NCBI GenBank assembly: GCA_030532425.1
Contig: JAUNLD010000005.1
Span: 7,670 to 71,669 of the forward strand
DNA from: Lautropia sp.
GTDB lineage: Bacteria; Pseudomonadota; Gammaproteobacteria; Burkholderiales; Burkholderiaceae_E
Length of the DNA stretch: 64,000 nt
Direction of reading: 5' to 3'
Under the pieces are notes generated by a model, which saw only the letters and a list, made by a program, of their open reading frames with translations, did not search any database and was not told the origin of the DNA. The position numbers and the translations under genes are program-made. Positions 39,066 through 48,828 of this stretch are shown piece after piece (the stretch's first letter is position 1; each line of letters starts with the position of its first letter).

Positions 39066-39273
39066 CCTGAAATTGTAGAGCCTGTCATGCGTGTCGTCGC
39101 GCCGGCGAAGCCCCCGCCGGGCGTGGGTGATACGTGTCGGGCACGCGCTGGACGGGTCCCTGCGGCGCGTCTGCCCAGTCGTGCCCACGCATCGCGTGTG
39201 CATGCCGAAACGGCTGACTGGACAGGGCATAATCGGCCGGTACAGAAACATTCATTCCAACCCGGAGACACCG

Positions 39274-39936
39274 ATGTCCTTCACCCAGGAAGCCTGGCAG
39301 CGCAATCTGGCGCTGTTCGAGAAAACGCTCAACATGCCCTTCAACCGCGAGCTGGCGGCCGGTACGCTGTCCGAGGCCCGTTTCCGGCACTACATGATCC
39401 AGGATGCGCACTACCTGGTGGCCTTTGGCCGGGCGCTGGCGGTGGCGGCCGCACGGGCCGACGACGCTGACACCGTGGTGCAGCTGGCGGGCGCCGCCCA
39501 GGGGGCGGTGGTGGTCGAGCGGGCACTGCACGATGGCTTCATGAAGCAGTACGGGATTTCGGCCGACACCTTCGCCGCCACGCCGCTCTCGCCTTCGGCC
39601 GAGCACTACACCAGCTATCTGCTGGCCACGGCCTGGGGCAGCCCCTGGCCGGTGGCGATGGCGGCGCTGTTACCCTGCTTCTGGATCTATGCCGAGGTGG
39701 GCAAGGCCATCCATGCCGAATCGGCGCCGGGCAACCCCTACCAGCCGTGGGTGGACACCTACGCGGGCGAGGAGTTTCATGCCGGCGTGCGCCAGATGCT
39801 GGCCACGGTCGACCGCGTGGCCGCCGCCACCGATCCTGTCACCCGCGAGGCCATGCACCAGGCCTACACGCAGGCGGCCCGGCTGGAATGGATGTTCTGG
39901 GATGCGGCGTACCGGCTGGAGCAGTGGCCGGTCTGA
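39274..39936 (+). CDS. tenA: Thiaminase II / aminopyrimidine aminohydrolase
   Basis: FRHYMIQDAHYL, ALLPCFWIY (catalytic Cys), NPYQPWVDTY, LEWMFWD; GGAG RBS. Confidence 0.95.
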   Translation: MSFTQEAWQRNLALFEKTLNMPFNRELAAGTLSEARFRHYMIQDAHYLVAFGRALAVAAARADDADTVVQLAGAAQGAVVVERALHDGFMKQYGISADTFAATPLSPSAEHYTSYLLATAWGSPWPVAMAALLPCFWIYAEVGKAIHAESAPGNPYQPWVDTYAGEEFHAGVRQMLATVDRVAAATDPVTREAMHQAYTQAARLEWMFWDAAYRLEQWPV

Positions 39937-40256
39937 GGGCTGGCAGCCAGAATCGCCCGAGCCTGAGCGGTACCGGGGCTGGCGGGAAGTCAAGGTCACC
40001 AGGCCAGCGGCCACCAGAGACAGCAGAATGAAGATGTCTTCGGGGCCAGGGCCGTCGGGCCACAGGGGCTTTCCTGTCGCCAGAGGCACCCGCCCCATAT
40101 GGTTGCCAGATACAGGATCGCCAGCCCGATCAGGCCATAGCCCACCCGCCGAAAGCGGTTGGTCAGGGGGCAGACGCCGGCCCCGCCATCGCCGATGCCA
40201 GCTCGGGCAGGAAGATCTCGATGACATCAATGAATGAAGCTCATGCCAGCCTGTCC

Positions 40257-42773
40257 CTAGCCTGCCGTGATCCTGATGTCGTTCTCCTTCAGCCGGCTGT
40301 GGAGGGCGATGCACATCTCGCTGCGGATGCCGCCCAGCCGGTCGCCGCGGGCGGTCCAGGCGTAGAGCTTGAACTGCATCGCGTCGCTGCCGAAATCGGT
40401 GAAGAGCGCATGGGGAGCGGGAGTGGCCAGGATGTCGGCCTGTTCGCGCGCCACGTCCACCAGCAGCTGGATCACCTGCTTGGGGTCGGCGTCGTAGCCG
40501 ACGTTGATGGTGATCTCGATGCGGCGCTGCAAGTCGGAGAGCGTCCAGTTCACCACCTGGTTGGAGATCAGCTGCGAGTTGGGCACGATCACGTCGGCGC
40601 CGGCACCGGTGCGCAGGATGCTGGCACGGATGCCGATGCGCTTGACCCGGCCGCTCTGGCCGGCCATGTCGACCGAATCTCCCACCTTGATGGGGCGCTC
40701 GAACAGCACGATCAGGCCCGAGACGAAGTTGTTGACGATGCTCTGCAAGCCGAAACCGACCCCGACACCCAGCGCACTGGCAAAGATCGTGAAGCGGTCA
40801 AGGCTGATGCCGGTGGAGGCGATGGCCAGCAGCAGGCCGCCGATCAGCACCACGTAGTTGAGCACGCTGTTGAGCGCATAGGGGATGCCGGGGGGTAGCG
40901 AGATGCGGGTGAAGACCTCGCGGTCAAGCACATAGCGCAGCAGCTGCGAGACCTTGATCGCACCCCAGATGATGAGCAGGAAGCTGAAGATGTCGGCCAG
41001 CGACAGGGCCACCTGGCCGATGCGCAGCTGTGCCGACAGCACCGAACGCACCCAGTCGATCAGCGGGCTCAGCAGCATCGTCTGGTTGAGCGTCAGGCCC
41101 AGCCAGATCAGGATGGCTCCCCAATACACGCCCTTGCGGATGCGGGTTTCGATGATCGTGCCGTCCTCGCCCAGCATCTTCAGCTGGTTGAGCGGACGCA
41201 GGTTGAAGGCCAGCCGCAGCAGGCTCAGCAGCACCAGCGCGCCGGCAAACAGGATCATGCCGTAGAACAGGGAATTGAGTGTGGCCTCGCTGATGAAGTG
41301 CGCCAGCCGGGTGAAACCCAGCACATTGCTCACCAGCGCGGCAATGCAGCCGGTCATCACCGCCATGATGGCGCGGCCTGTCAGCGTCAGGGACTGTTTT
41401 TCGGGTTCGGAGGGAGCGGCAGGGATCTCGGCCTCGGGCGGCAGCGCCTCGCTGGAGATGGTGGCATCTTCCTCGGCGGCCTGCTGGAGGGCGGCCTCCA
41501 GTGCCTTGTTGCGGTTGCGTTGCAGGTGCAGCAGCAGGCCGATCGTCACCAGAAGCTGCACCTGGAAGAACACGCGCTCCCAGCTGGGGTTGAAACGGAA
41601 GACATCCGGCACCTGGTTGAAGGCATACAGTGCCAGCAGCCAGTGCAGGTAGGTGGCCAGATAGGGCTCCACCACCTTGCGCAACAGCAGCACCGTGGGC
41701 AGCAAGGCCAGCATCACCAGCAGCAGCGACAGGCTGCTGGGCGGGTAGGGCAACAGGATTACCGCCAGCGTGGCCGTGGCCAGCACGCTCACGGCCAGCG
41801 GGGCGTCCAGCAGCCAGCGCACCGAGCGCAGGGCCGGCTGGCGGCTGATCTTCTGTTCGATGCGCGGCCGCAGCCACGACAGCAGCCCGTACAGCAGGAT
41901 GAAGAAGGCCGCCAGCGTGCCGCTGCGGGTGGGGCGGTTTTTCAGGTAGGCCAGAATCGTTTCGCCATCATTGCGCAGTCGGGTCAGCCCAGTCGTGGCC
42001 TGTGCGTCGGCGTTCTTCGCCTCCTGGCTGGGGCCGAAGAAGGCCGGGCTGTCGGGCATGAACAGCGAATCGATCGAGGCAGTCAGCGTATTGCGCAACT
42101 GGGCCTGTTCGGTGTTGACCAGGGCCTGCAGCTTGGCGCTCTGCGCTTGCAGGTCGAAGATGGCGCTGCGTGAGCGGTTGGCGATCTTGCGGGTTTCCTG
42201 AATCAGCGTCAGTACCGCCTGGATGCGCTCCTTCACCACTGCTGGCGCCTGACCAATTTCGTCGGCGGCCAGGGTGTCTTCCCAGGTCTTCTGCATCTGG
42301 TTCAGACGATCAAAATGCTCCTGCAGGCCTTCGGCCGACTGTGTCAGCTGCTTGTCGATCTGGGTGATTTCGGTATGCAGCTGCCCCCAGGCCGGTTCGA
42401 TGTCACGCATGCGCCGCTGGCTGTCGGACTCCATCGCCAGCTGACTGCGGACACGGGTCTCACCCGCCTCGCGGTTCAGGCGTTGCAGGCGCAGTTTCAT
42501 GCTGCCTTGCTGTGTCAGCTGTTGCAGTTTGGTTTGCAGGATGTTGAGCGTGTTCTCTTCGCTTTCGGCGCGCGCCACCACATTGGCGGCCGGAATGGGG
42601 GCGGGTGCAGCCGGGGGGGCCTCCGTGGTGCCGGTGGCGGGTTTGGCTGCCGGCTTGGCTGCCGCCGGTGTCTGGGCACTGGCGATAGGCATCGACAGCA
42701 GGGCCATCAGCAACAGCAACAGGGCGGGCAGGACGGAAAGGCGGAGAGGACGGGGCCGGAACGGGATGGGCAT
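40257..42773 (-). CDS. Mechanosensitive channel, MscS family with large periplasmic and TM extension (MscK-like)
   Basis: GVGVGFGLQSIVNNFVSGLIVLFERPIKVGD, VIVPNSQLI; signal peptide and coiled-coil N-terminus. Confidence 0.93.
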   Translation of the reverse strand: MPIPFRPRPLRLSVLPALLLLLMALLSMPIASAQTPAAAKPAAKPATGTTEAPPAAPAPIPAANVVARAESEENTLNILQTKLQQLTQQGSMKLRLQRLNREAGETRVRSQLAMESDSQRRMRDIEPAWGQLHTEITQIDKQLTQSAEGLQEHFDRLNQMQKTWEDTLAADEIGQAPAVVKERIQAVLTLIQETRKIANRSRSAIFDLQAQSAKLQALVNTEQAQLRNTLTASIDSLFMPDSPAFFGPSQEAKNADAQATTGLTRLRNDGETILAYLKNRPTRSGTLAAFFILLYGLLSWLRPRIEQKISRQPALRSVRWLLDAPLAVSVLATATLAVILLPYPPSSLSLLLVMLALLPTVLLLRKVVEPYLATYLHWLLALYAFNQVPDVFRFNPSWERVFFQVQLLVTIGLLLHLQRNRNKALEAALQQAAEEDATISSEALPPEAEIPAAPSEPEKQSLTLTGRAIMAVMTGCIAALVSNVLGFTRLAHFISEATLNSLFYGMILFAGALVLLSLLRLAFNLRPLNQLKMLGEDGTIIETRIRKGVYWGAILIWLGLTLNQTMLLSPLIDWVRSVLSAQLRIGQVALSLADIFSFLLIIWGAIKVSQLLRYVLDREVFTRISLPPGIPYALNSVLNYVVLIGGLLLAIASTGISLDRFTIFASALGVGVGFGLQSIVNNFVSGLIVLFERPIKVGDSVDMAGQSGRVKRIGIRASILRTGAGADVIVPNSQLISNQVVNWTLSDLQRRIEITINVGYDADPKQVIQLLVDVAREQADILATPAPHALFTDFGSDAMQFKLYAWTARGDRLGGIRSEMCIALHSRLKENDIRITAG

Positions 42774-42965
42774 GGTGGGGCGCGGCGGCGCGCATGAAAC
42801 TGGATGTGCCAGCCAGTGTAGCGGCATGGCGCGCCACCGCGGCAGAAAGCCGCAACCGGGTGCAGGGGCCGCCCTGTTGCAGGGCGATGGACGGCCGCTC
42901 ATCGGCCGTGTCCGGCACGGGCTGTTGTGCCGGGCCCAATGACAGGGCAGCCAGAAAAGGCGGGC

Positions 42966-43008
42966 AAAAAAAACCCCGATGCCAAAAAAGATAAGGGGCA
43001 TCGGGGTT
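42966..43008 (-). terminator. Intrinsic terminator after ahpF
   Basis: CCCCGATGCC/GGCATCGGGG stem followed by T8 on the minus strand. Confidence 0.85.
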
Positions 43009-43126
43009 GTGCCCACGCGGGGGCACGAATCGCACGCTACGGATAGGCTGGACCGTTCCCGGGGATGCAGGGCCGTCAGGGCCTGCTGCGTGCGTCCCGG
43101 GGAAGGGGGCCTGGGCGGGATCCCGC

Positions 43127-44680
43127 TCAGGCCCGGATCAGATGATCGAAGGCCGACAACGCGGCTTTGGCTCCTTCGCCGGCGGCGATGATGATCTGCT
43201 TGTAAGGGGTGGTGGTGCAGTCGCCGGCCGCAAACACACCGGGCATCGAGGTGTGGCCACGGGCATCGACCTCGATCTCGCCGATGCGGCTGAGTTCGAC
43301 CGTACCCTTGAGGAAATCGGTGTTGGGCATCAGGCCGATCTGCACGAACACGCCTTCCAGCGCGAGCGTGTGTGCCTGGCCGGTGGCACGGTCGGTGTAG
43401 GCGATACCGCTGACCTTGTCGTGGGCCCCCTGGATTTCGGTGACCTGCACGTTGCGCAGGATCTTCACGTTGGGCAGGCTTTCCAGCTTGCGCTGAAGCA
43501 CGGCATCGGCACGAAGCTCGGGCATGAATTCGAACAGCGTGACGTGCTCGACCACGCCGGCCAGGTCGATGGCGGCCTCGACCCCCGAGTTGCCACCGCC
43601 GATCACGGCCACGCGCCTGCCCTTGAACAGCGGGCCGTCGCAGTGCGGGCAGTAGGTGACGCCGCGGTTGCGGTATTCCTGCTCGCCAGGCACGCCGATG
43701 CTGCGCCAGCGGGCACCGGTGGCCAGGATCAGCGTCCTGCTCTGCAGGGTGGCACCGCTGCCGGTGGTCACGCGCAGCAGCCCGGCTGCCTCGTCCCGTT
43801 CGATCGACTCGACCTTCTGCAGGTTCATGATGTCGACATCGTAGTGACGGGTGTGGGCTTCGAGCGCGGCGGCAAACTTCGGTCCGTCGGTTTCCAGCAC
43901 CGAGATGTAGTTCTCGATCGACATGGTGTCGAGCACCTGGCCGCCGAAGCGCTCGGCCACCACGCCGGTACGGATGCCCTTGCGGGCCGCATAGACGGCG
44001 GCAGCGGCACCGGCCGGGCCACCACCGATCACCAGCACGTCGAAGGGGGCCTTGTCGTTCAGTGCGGCCGCCTGGCGGGCGCTGGCGCCGGCATCCAGAC
44101 GGGCCAGGATCTCTTCGGCACTGGAGCGGCCCTGGAACAGTACCTCGCCATTCATGAAGACGGTGGGCACGGCCATGATGCTGCGCTTTTCCACCTCATC
44201 CTGGAACAGCGCGCCGTCGATGGTCTCGACCCTGATGCGCGGGTTGATGACCGACATCGAATTCAGGGCCTGTACCACGTCCGGGCAGTTCTGGCACGAC
44301 AGCGACATGTACACCTCGAAGTGATAGTCGCCGGGCAGGGCTGCCGTCTGCTGGATGACGGTTTCATCCAGCCTGATGGTGTGGCCGCCCACGTGCAGCA
44401 GGGCCAGCACCAGGGAGGTGAATTCGTGGCCCAGCGGAATGGCGGCAAAGCGCACACCGATGTCGGTGCCGGTGCGCTGGATGGCAAAGGAGGGCGTGCG
44501 CAACTCGGCATGCGGGTCTTCGCGCAGCGAGACCTGGTCCGAGAGGCTGGCAATGTCCTGGAGCAGGGCATGCATCTCCTGGCCCCGGGCACTGCCGTCG
44601 CGGGTCAGGACCAGTTCGATCGGGTGCTTGAGATAGGCCAGATAGGATTGCAGCTGGGTTTTGAGATCGTTGTCGAGCAT
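43127..44680 (-). CDS. ahpF: Alkyl hydroperoxide reductase subunit F
   Basis: [39 protein letters not shown]. Confidence 0.98.
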   Translation of the reverse strand: MLDNDLKTQLQSYLAYLKHPIELVLTRDGSARGQEMHALLQDIASLSDQVSLREDPHAELRTPSFAIQRTGTDIGVRFAAIPLGHEFTSLVLALLHVGGHTIRLDETVIQQTAALPGDYHFEVYMSLSCQNCPDVVQALNSMSVINPRIRVETIDGALFQDEVEKRSIMAVPTVFMNGEVLFQGRSSAEEILARLDAGASARQAAALNDKAPFDVLVIGGGPAGAAAAVYAARKGIRTGVVAERFGGQVLDTMSIENYISVLETDGPKFAAALEAHTRHYDVDIMNLQKVESIERDEAAGLLRVTTGSGATLQSRTLILATGARWRSIGVPGEQEYRNRGVTYCPHCDGPLFKGRRVAVIGGGNSGVEAAIDLAGVVEHVTLFEFMPELRADAVLQRKLESLPNVKILRNVQVTEIQGAHDKVSGIAYTDRATGQAHTLALEGVFVQIGLMPNTDFLKGTVELSRIGEIEVDARGHTSMPGVFAAGDCTTTPYKQIIIAAGEGAKAALSAFDHLIRA

Positions 44681-44948
44681 GAGAGTGAGGGGAGGCTGCC
44701 GGCCCGCTGCCGGTCAGGTCGTTGCGCAGCAGGCGGGCACCAGCACGCCGTGCAGGGCGCCGGGGCGCCTGCATCGGCACGGTGTTCAGGGGAAAGGGGG
44801 CGGGCAGGATCGTGTCGGCGTCCGGGGCGGGGGCGTCTGGGTGTCGACGGCGCCGTCCCGGTTCTGCGGCATCCTGCCCGGCCGGGAACGGCCCGGCAGG
44901 CAGGGGGTGGGCGCCATCGTCGATCGACACCCACCGGGGAGGCCGCGA

Positions 44949-45512
44949 TCAGATCTTGCCGACCAGATCCAGCGAGGGCTTCAGCGTCTCGGCGCCTTCT
45001 TTCCATTTGGCCGGGCAGACTTCACCAGGGTGGGCCGCCACGTACAGGGCAGCCTTCACCTTGCGCAGCAGCTCACCGGCGTCACGGCCGATACCGTTGT
45101 CATGGATTTCGCACAGCTTGATCCTGCCCTCCGGGTCGATCAGGAAAGTGCCGCGCAGGGCCAGGCCTTCTTCCTCGATCAGCACGTCGAAGTTGCGGGC
45201 CAGCGTGGCGGCCGGGTCACCCAGCATCGGATACTGCACCTTCCTGATGGCGTCGGAGGTGTCGTGCCAGGCCTTGTGGGCAAAGTGCGTGTCGGTCGAG
45301 GCGGAGTAGATCTCGACACCCAGTGCCTTGAATTCTTCGTAGCGGTCAGCCAGGTCTTCCAGCTCGGTCGGGCAGACGAAGGTGAAGTCGGCGGGATAGA
45401 AGCAGATGATGTTCCACTTGCCGCGCAGGCTTTCGTCGGTCACTTCAAAGAACTTGCCGTTCTGGAAGGCCTGGAGCTTGAAGGGCTTGATGACGGTGTT
45501 AATCAGGGACAT
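44949..45512 (-). CDS. ahpC: Alkyl hydroperoxide reductase subunit C (peroxiredoxin)
   Basis: [30 protein letters not shown]; GAGGA RBS. Confidence 0.98.
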   Translation of the reverse strand: MSLINTVIKPFKLQAFQNGKFFEVTDESLRGKWNIICFYPADFTFVCPTELEDLADRYEEFKALGVEIYSASTDTHFAHKAWHDTSDAIRKVQYPMLGDPAATLARNFDVLIEEEGLALRGTFLIDPEGRIKLCEIHDNGIGRDAGELLRKVKAALYVAAHPGEVCPAKWKEGAETLKPSLDLVGKI

Positions 45513-45629
45513 GGAATTCCTCTTGTGTTATGGACTGACGGATAACGGGCATCGCCGTGCCGGTCTGGCCGGTGCGCCCTGTTCTTATTGTTGGTCGTAA
45601 TGATCGGCCTGGACATTACGCCCCGTAAA

Positions 45630-45666
45630 ATGGATTAATTAAATGGTGCGAATAGGGGCGCACTAT
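45630..45666 (-). promoter_or_regulatory. OxyR binding site upstream of ahpC
   Basis: ATGG-N7-AAAT-N7-ATAG-N7-CTAT fits the OxyR ATAG-N7-CTAT-N7-ATAG-N7-CTAT spacing; one half is perfect. Confidence 0.75.
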
Positions 45667-47066
45667 GGTAGATGCACGCGCACCAGCAGGCCGCCGGCCG
45701 GCGCATCGGCCAGCACCAGCCGGCCGCCCATGCGTCGCAGCAGGGCCTGCACGATCGACAGGCCCAGGCCGGTGCCGCCGGTCCCGCTGCCTGCCACGCG
45801 ATAGAAGGCATCCAGCACGCGTCCGCGTTCGGCCGCCGGGATGCCGGGGCCATTGTCTTCCACCTCCAGCACCACGCCGCTGCCCTCTGCACGCGCCCGC
45901 AGGCTGACCTGCCCGGTGCCGGCCGGTGCATGGCGGATGGCGTTGTCGAGCAGGTTGCGCAACACGATCAGCAGATCGTGGCCGTCGACGGCCACCTGCA
46001 CCTGGGGCGCGCCATCCACGCCCAGATCGACCTGACGGGCTTCGGCCTGCGGCATCAGGTCTTCCAGCACGTGTCGAAACAGCGTGGCCAGCGCCACGGG
46101 GGGCTGCCCGGCGGCCCCGCCCTGCGCCAGCGTCGAGGCGTCGGCCTGGGCACGGGCCATGCTCAGCAGCTGTTCCAGCAGGTGGCGGTTGCGTTCGATT
46201 CCCTGCCGCAGCGTGCCCAGGCGTGCGCGCGCCTCGTCGGGCATGTCGGCCGCTGCCAGGCGTTCGGCCTGCAACGACATCGCGGTCAGCGGCGAGCGCA
46301 GCTCATGGGCGGCATCGGCCACAAGGCGGCGCTGGGCCTCAAGGGATGTCGAGACCCGTGCCAGCAGCCGGTTGATGGCCTGGACGAAATCGCGTACCTC
46401 GTTGGGCAGCTGATGGGTGGGCAGCGGGTGCAGGGCCTGGCCATCGCGCGTGCGGGCCTCGGCGGCCAGCCGGGCCACCGGCCGGAACATCTGCCGGACC
46501 AGCACCGCCACCAGCAGCCACAGCACGGGCAGCAGCATCAGCAGCGGCAGCACCGTGTGAAAGGCGCTGTCATGGGCGATCTCGTCACGCAGCTCCACAT
46601 CCTGCGCCACGGCCAGCAGGCCGCCTTCGGGCAGGGGGCGCACCAGCACGCGATAGGCGTCATGCTCGATCTGCAGGGTGTGCAGGCCGGGTGTCAGTCC
46701 GTCGGGCAGGGTCAGGTGCTCATGGTCGTCTTCGTCCCGGTCCCGTTTCCCGTCGTCCGGGTGCTGGCCCAGGCGCTGGATATGGATGCGGATGTCATCG
46801 TCGATGCGGGCAAGATGGTGGCGCAGCTGGCCCTGATCGCGCCAGGCCACCGTGGCCAGCGTGGCCATCTGTGCCAGCATCTCGTCCTGCAGCTCGTGGG
46901 CTTCTTCCTGCGCGTTCAGAAAGGAGACCAGCCCGGCGATGGCTGCGGCCAGCGTCATCACCAGCGCCAGCGCCAGCGCCAGTTGAAACTGGATCGAATG
47001 CCTGAGGCGTGTCATCAGGCTGCGCCCACGGGCGCGCCATTCGGAGCGGTATCGCGGCAGCTTCAT
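45663..47066 (-). CDS. Two-component sensor histidine kinase (QseC/PmrB-like)
   Basis: Two TMs, HAMP, H-box ADAAHELRSPL, N-box NLLDNAIRH, DNGPGI, GTGLGLSIV. Start ATG 47066 or 47015. Confidence 0.95.
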   Translation of the reverse strand: MKLPRYRSEWRARGRSLMTRLRHSIQFQLALALALVMTLAAAIAGLVSFLNAQEEAHELQDEMLAQMATLATVAWRDQGQLRHHLARIDDDIRIHIQRLGQHPDDGKRDRDEDDHEHLTLPDGLTPGLHTLQIEHDAYRVLVRPLPEGGLLAVAQDVELRDEIAHDSAFHTVLPLLMLLPVLWLLVAVLVRQMFRPVARLAAEARTRDGQALHPLPTHQLPNEVRDFVQAINRLLARVSTSLEAQRRLVADAAHELRSPLTAMSLQAERLAAADMPDEARARLGTLRQGIERNRHLLEQLLSMARAQADASTLAQGGAAGQPPVALATLFRHVLEDLMPQAEARQVDLGVDGAPQVQVAVDGHDLLIVLRNLLDNAIRHAPAGTGQVSLRARAEGSGVVLEVEDNGPGIPAAERGRVLDAFYRVAGSGTGGTGLGLSIVQALLRRMGGRLVLADAPAGGLLVRVHLP

Positions 47067-47079
47067 GAACGGTTGCGCC

Positions 47080-47745
47080 TCATGCCCGTTTCGACACCAT
47101 CCAGCCGACACCGCGCACATTGCGGATGGCGGAGTTGCCCAGCTTGCGGCGCAGGCTGTGGATCAGGAAATCGATGGCATTGCTTTCCACTTCCTCGCCC
47201 CAGCCATAGATGCGGTCTTCCAGCTCGGCGCGCGACAGGATGGCGCCCGGGCGCAGCATCAGGGCGTGCAGCAGGGCAAATTCGCGATTCGACAGCACCT
47301 GCGGCTCGCCGCCCTCGACACGCACCTCGCGGCAGGCCGGGTCCAGACTGAGGGGACCGTTGCTGAGCACGGCGGTGGCACTGCCCCCCTGGCGGCGGCT
47401 GAGGGCCCGCATCCGCGCCAGCAGCTCGGCCATGTCGAAGGGCTTGAGCAGATAGTCGTCGGCGCCGCCGTCCAGGCCGTTCAGCCGGTCTTCCAGGGCG
47501 TCGCGGGCGGTGATGATGAGGATGGGCAGCCCGTGCCCCGCGGCGCGCAGGGTTTTCAGCAGCGTCAGCCCGTCCTGGCCGGGCAGGCCCAGATCCAGCA
47601 GCATCAGGTCATAGTGCTGTGCGCGCATGGCCGTCAGGGCATCGGAGCCTGCCTTCACCCAGTCTGCCGCGTAGGCTGCATCCAGCAGGGCATCGCGTAC
47701 GGCGCTGCCGATCATTTCGTCATCTTCGACCAGCAGGACACGCAT
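47080..47745 (-). CDS. OmpR-family response regulator (QseB/PmrA-like)
   Basis: MRVLLVEDD, LLDLGLP, GADDYLLKPF, VESNAIDFLIHSLRRKLG, IRNVRGVG. Confidence 0.96.
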   Translation of the reverse strand: MRVLLVEDDEMIGSAVRDALLDAAYAADWVKAGSDALTAMRAQHYDLMLLDLGLPGQDGLTLLKTLRAAGHGLPILIITARDALEDRLNGLDGGADDYLLKPFDMAELLARMRALSRRQGGSATAVLSNGPLSLDPACREVRVEGGEPQVLSNREFALLHALMLRPGAILSRAELEDRIYGWGEEVESNAIDFLIHSLRRKLGNSAIRNVRGVGWMVSKRA

Positions 47746-48078
47746 GAGGCGGCTCCATTGGGGATGTGCCAGGAACGGGCGCGAGTCGTGAACGTGCTGG
47801 CCCCGCGAAAGCAGACAGGCTCATGACACGCACCAGGGAAAAAAGCCAGGGGAAAAAGACATCAGCGACAGGGTCATCGGGCGGGCGCTCCGTGCAGCAC
47901 CAGCCCCGGGGCCCTGCCGTGATGATGCCATGCTGCACCGGACAGCGTGCAGGGTGGGGCAGCGGCTTTCCCTGCCCGTTCCGGCCGGCATGGGGAACGG
48001 ACCGGGGCCGGAACGGGGAGGGAAAGCGGTGGAAACCCGGCCCCGCCGGAAGAGGGCGGGCCGGCAGGCGAGGGGCGG

Positions 48079-48405
48079 TCAGTCGTCGTAGTCGATGCGG
48101 CTGTCCAGCACCTTGCCATCGCGCCCGTCGATGCGCACGTCATAGACTTCGCGTTGCGGGGTGATGACATCGACATCAAAGTGCATCTGGCCACGGTTGT
48201 ATTCAAAATCTGCCTGGAAGGCCTTGCTGCCCTTGTGATGCTCTTCGGCGATGCGGATGGCTTCGGTCAGCGAGATGCCGGCCTTGTCCAGGTTGGCGCC
48301 GTCTTCGTCGATGCGCTGCTGCTGTTGCGCCAGGGCCAGGCTGCCGGCGCCCAGGCCAGCGGCGGTCAGCAGGGCAAGCATGGTCGTGCGGAGGGTCGTG
48401 CTCAT
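48079..48405 (-). CDS. Secreted PepSY-domain protein
   Basis: Signal peptide ending ALA; ISLTEAIRIA...VRIDGRDGKVL; AAGGAG RBS. Confidence 0.88.
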   Translation of the reverse strand: MSTTLRTTMLALLTAAGLGAGSLALAQQQQRIDEDGANLDKAGISLTEAIRIAEEHHKGSKAFQADFEYNRGQMHFDVDVITPQREVYDVRIDGRDGKVLDSRIDYDD

Positions 48406-48511
48406 GAGAACTCCTTGGTCGGTTGGGTGAACGGGTGGGCGGGCCTGATCGTCAGGACGCCAGGGGGCAGCGGCATGCCGCGCCCTTCACCCGCATGATG
48501 ATCCGCCCGTG

Positions 48512-48526
48512 TTAGCCAGGAATTAG
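48512..48526 (-). promoter_or_regulatory. OmpR/PmrA-type direct-repeat box upstream of the PepSY gene
   Basis: TTAG-N7-TTAG (11-bp period) in otherwise GC-rich DNA, next to a QseB/PmrA-like system. Confidence 0.45.
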
Positions 48527-48645
48527 TGGCCCCGGGCCCGGGCTGCCTGCCGCGGCGTGGCCCGGGGTATTCCCTGTGGCCGGGGCCGGGGGGATTGGTA
48601 CGCCAGGGCTTCGCAGACGTTGAAAATATGCTAGATTTGGCCCTT

Positions 48646-48708
48646 ATGGATACCCGGACCGCATTCGCGCTACTACTACCCCTGTTCGTTCCTGGCGGGC
48701 GAAGGTAG
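48646..48708 (+). CDS. Leucine leader peptide of leuA (MDTRTAFALLLPLFVPGGRR)
   Basis: 20 codons with three tandem rare CTA Leu codons, 120 nt upstream of leuA. Confidence 0.8.
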   Translation: MDTRTAFALLLPLFVPGGRR

Positions 48709-48738
48709 TGTCGCGTCTGTTCTCGCGGTAACACTTGT

Positions 48739-48777
48739 ACGGCCCGCATGCGCCAGCAGCGGGCCGTTTGCATTTGT
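48739..48777 (+). terminator. Attenuator hairpin of the leuA leader
   Basis: ACGGCCCGC/GCGGGCCGT stem followed by TTGCATTTGT. Confidence 0.65.
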
Positions 48778-48828
48778 ATCCGTGCTGCTTGCGTCCTTCC
48801 ATCCCCAACATCACGCGCAGGAAAAACC

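Noticed and set aside
39066-39273. Possible TPP riboswitch upstream of tenA
   Set aside because: The conserved CTGAGA and ACCTGA...GCGNAGGGA elements are absent; the region looks like a plain divergent promoter.
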